From an uncultured Rivularia sp. (GTDB lineage: Bacteria > Cyanobacteriota > Cyanobacteriia > Cyanobacteriales > Nostocaceae): DNA of 64,000 nucleotides. The position numbers and the translations under genes were made by a program. The notes under the pieces are model-generated. The model saw nothing but the letters and a program-made list of their open reading frames with translations. It did no database searches and had not been told where the DNA came from. Location: assembly GCA_963665115.1 (NCBI GenBank), contig OY762007.1:352001-416000 (forward strand), given 5' to 3'. Of the stretch, positions 63,369 through 64,000 are shown in pieces. Within the stretch, counting starts at the first letter, position 1, and every line of letters starts with the position of its first letter.

Positions 63369-63543
63369 TTATGCAAAAACCGATTGAATTGTATTAAGTA
63401 GTTATTCGCAGTTATAAAGCTTATTTAGCTCCCGTAGACTTAACAATTTTGTAATCACCATTATCAAGATAATGACTCATTAGCTCCAATTCACTTAGAG
63501 AGTCTTCAACAATTAATACAGTAATGAAAGAACAACCAATCAA
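63369..63543 (-). pseudogene. CheY-like receiver pseudogene
   Basis: TVLIVEDSLSELELMSHYL..GAK*AL*, then a deletion, then LLNTIQSVFA*. Confidence 0.72.
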
Positions 63544-63582
63544 ATTAAATAGGACTTATTGGTAATTGTTCACTGCTCGCTG

Positions 63583-64000
63583 TTATAGTAAATGATGGAA
63601 AATCATCTTCAATAGCTCACTTTGATCGAAAGGCTTAGTTAAATAACCGCTAGCTCTAACCATTTTTGCCTTGGCTCGATCGATAAAACCTTTTCTTCCA
63701 GTCACCATAATTACGGGTACATCTTTGAAATACGAATGTTTCCGCAACAGCGAACATAATTCATAACCATCCAAATTCGGCATTTCTATATCCAGTAAAA
63801 TTAAATCTGGATTCGTGCTTAGAATTTGCATCAAAGCTTTTAAAGGTTCGTTGAAACCAACAACGCTAAAAATTTCTTCGTCTAAAAAAGATTGAATTGC
63901 AGTTAACACTGTAGGGCTATCGTCAATACAGACTATGGTGTAAACCTTTTTTCGATAATTCTGTCTGTAAACGCGCTGAGGGCTGTTGGGATAATTCGCA
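63583..64000 (-). CDS. PatA-type response regulator, 5' end outside the window
   Basis: Frame open to the edge; IVCIDDSPTVL..LDIEMPNLDGYELCSLLR..GFIDRAKAKMV. Confidence 0.85.
   Translation of the reverse strand, partial: ANYPNSPQRVYRQNYRKKVYTIVCIDDSPTVLTAIQSFLDEEIFSVVGFNEPLKALMQILSTNPDLILLDIEMPNLDGYELCSLLRKHSYFKDVPVIMVTGRKGFIDRAKAKMVRASGYLTKPFDQSELLKMIFHHLL

Overview
Chromosomal window from a filamentous, probably heterocyst-forming cyanobacterium (inferred from HIP1 GCGATCGC sites, STRR heptamer tracts, crtH, acsF, ndhV and nblS). The left end (1-13 kb) holds a low-GC type II restriction-modification pair, crtH, a likely IsaR1 sRNA, upp, acsF, ndhV and a thrC-like/MoaD pair. The centre (13.7-47.3 kb) is a ~34-kb + strand cluster of secreted DUF11 (Ig-like) proteins, a large outer-membrane barrel and a beta-helix/OmpA protein. 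Most of these proteins end in a DUF11 domain lacking its last strands, and several begin with exactly those strands. I infer an apparently uncharacterised pilus/fibre built by donor-strand complementation and intermolecular Lys-Asn isopeptide bonds. The cluster also contains a RAYT transposase inside a 9-unit REP array, mosaic adhesin paralogues, and an IS607 element with a Fanzor-like TnpB inserted in an adhesin remnant. The right end has tandem Rpn genes, moaD, an HDAC-family gene, nblS, purD, an epimerase and a partly degenerate patA-cheY(pseudo)-cheW-MCP-cheA cluster. At least eight genes carry +1 homopolymer frameshifts that look like sequencing errors. All family calls come from motif recognition; no searches were run.
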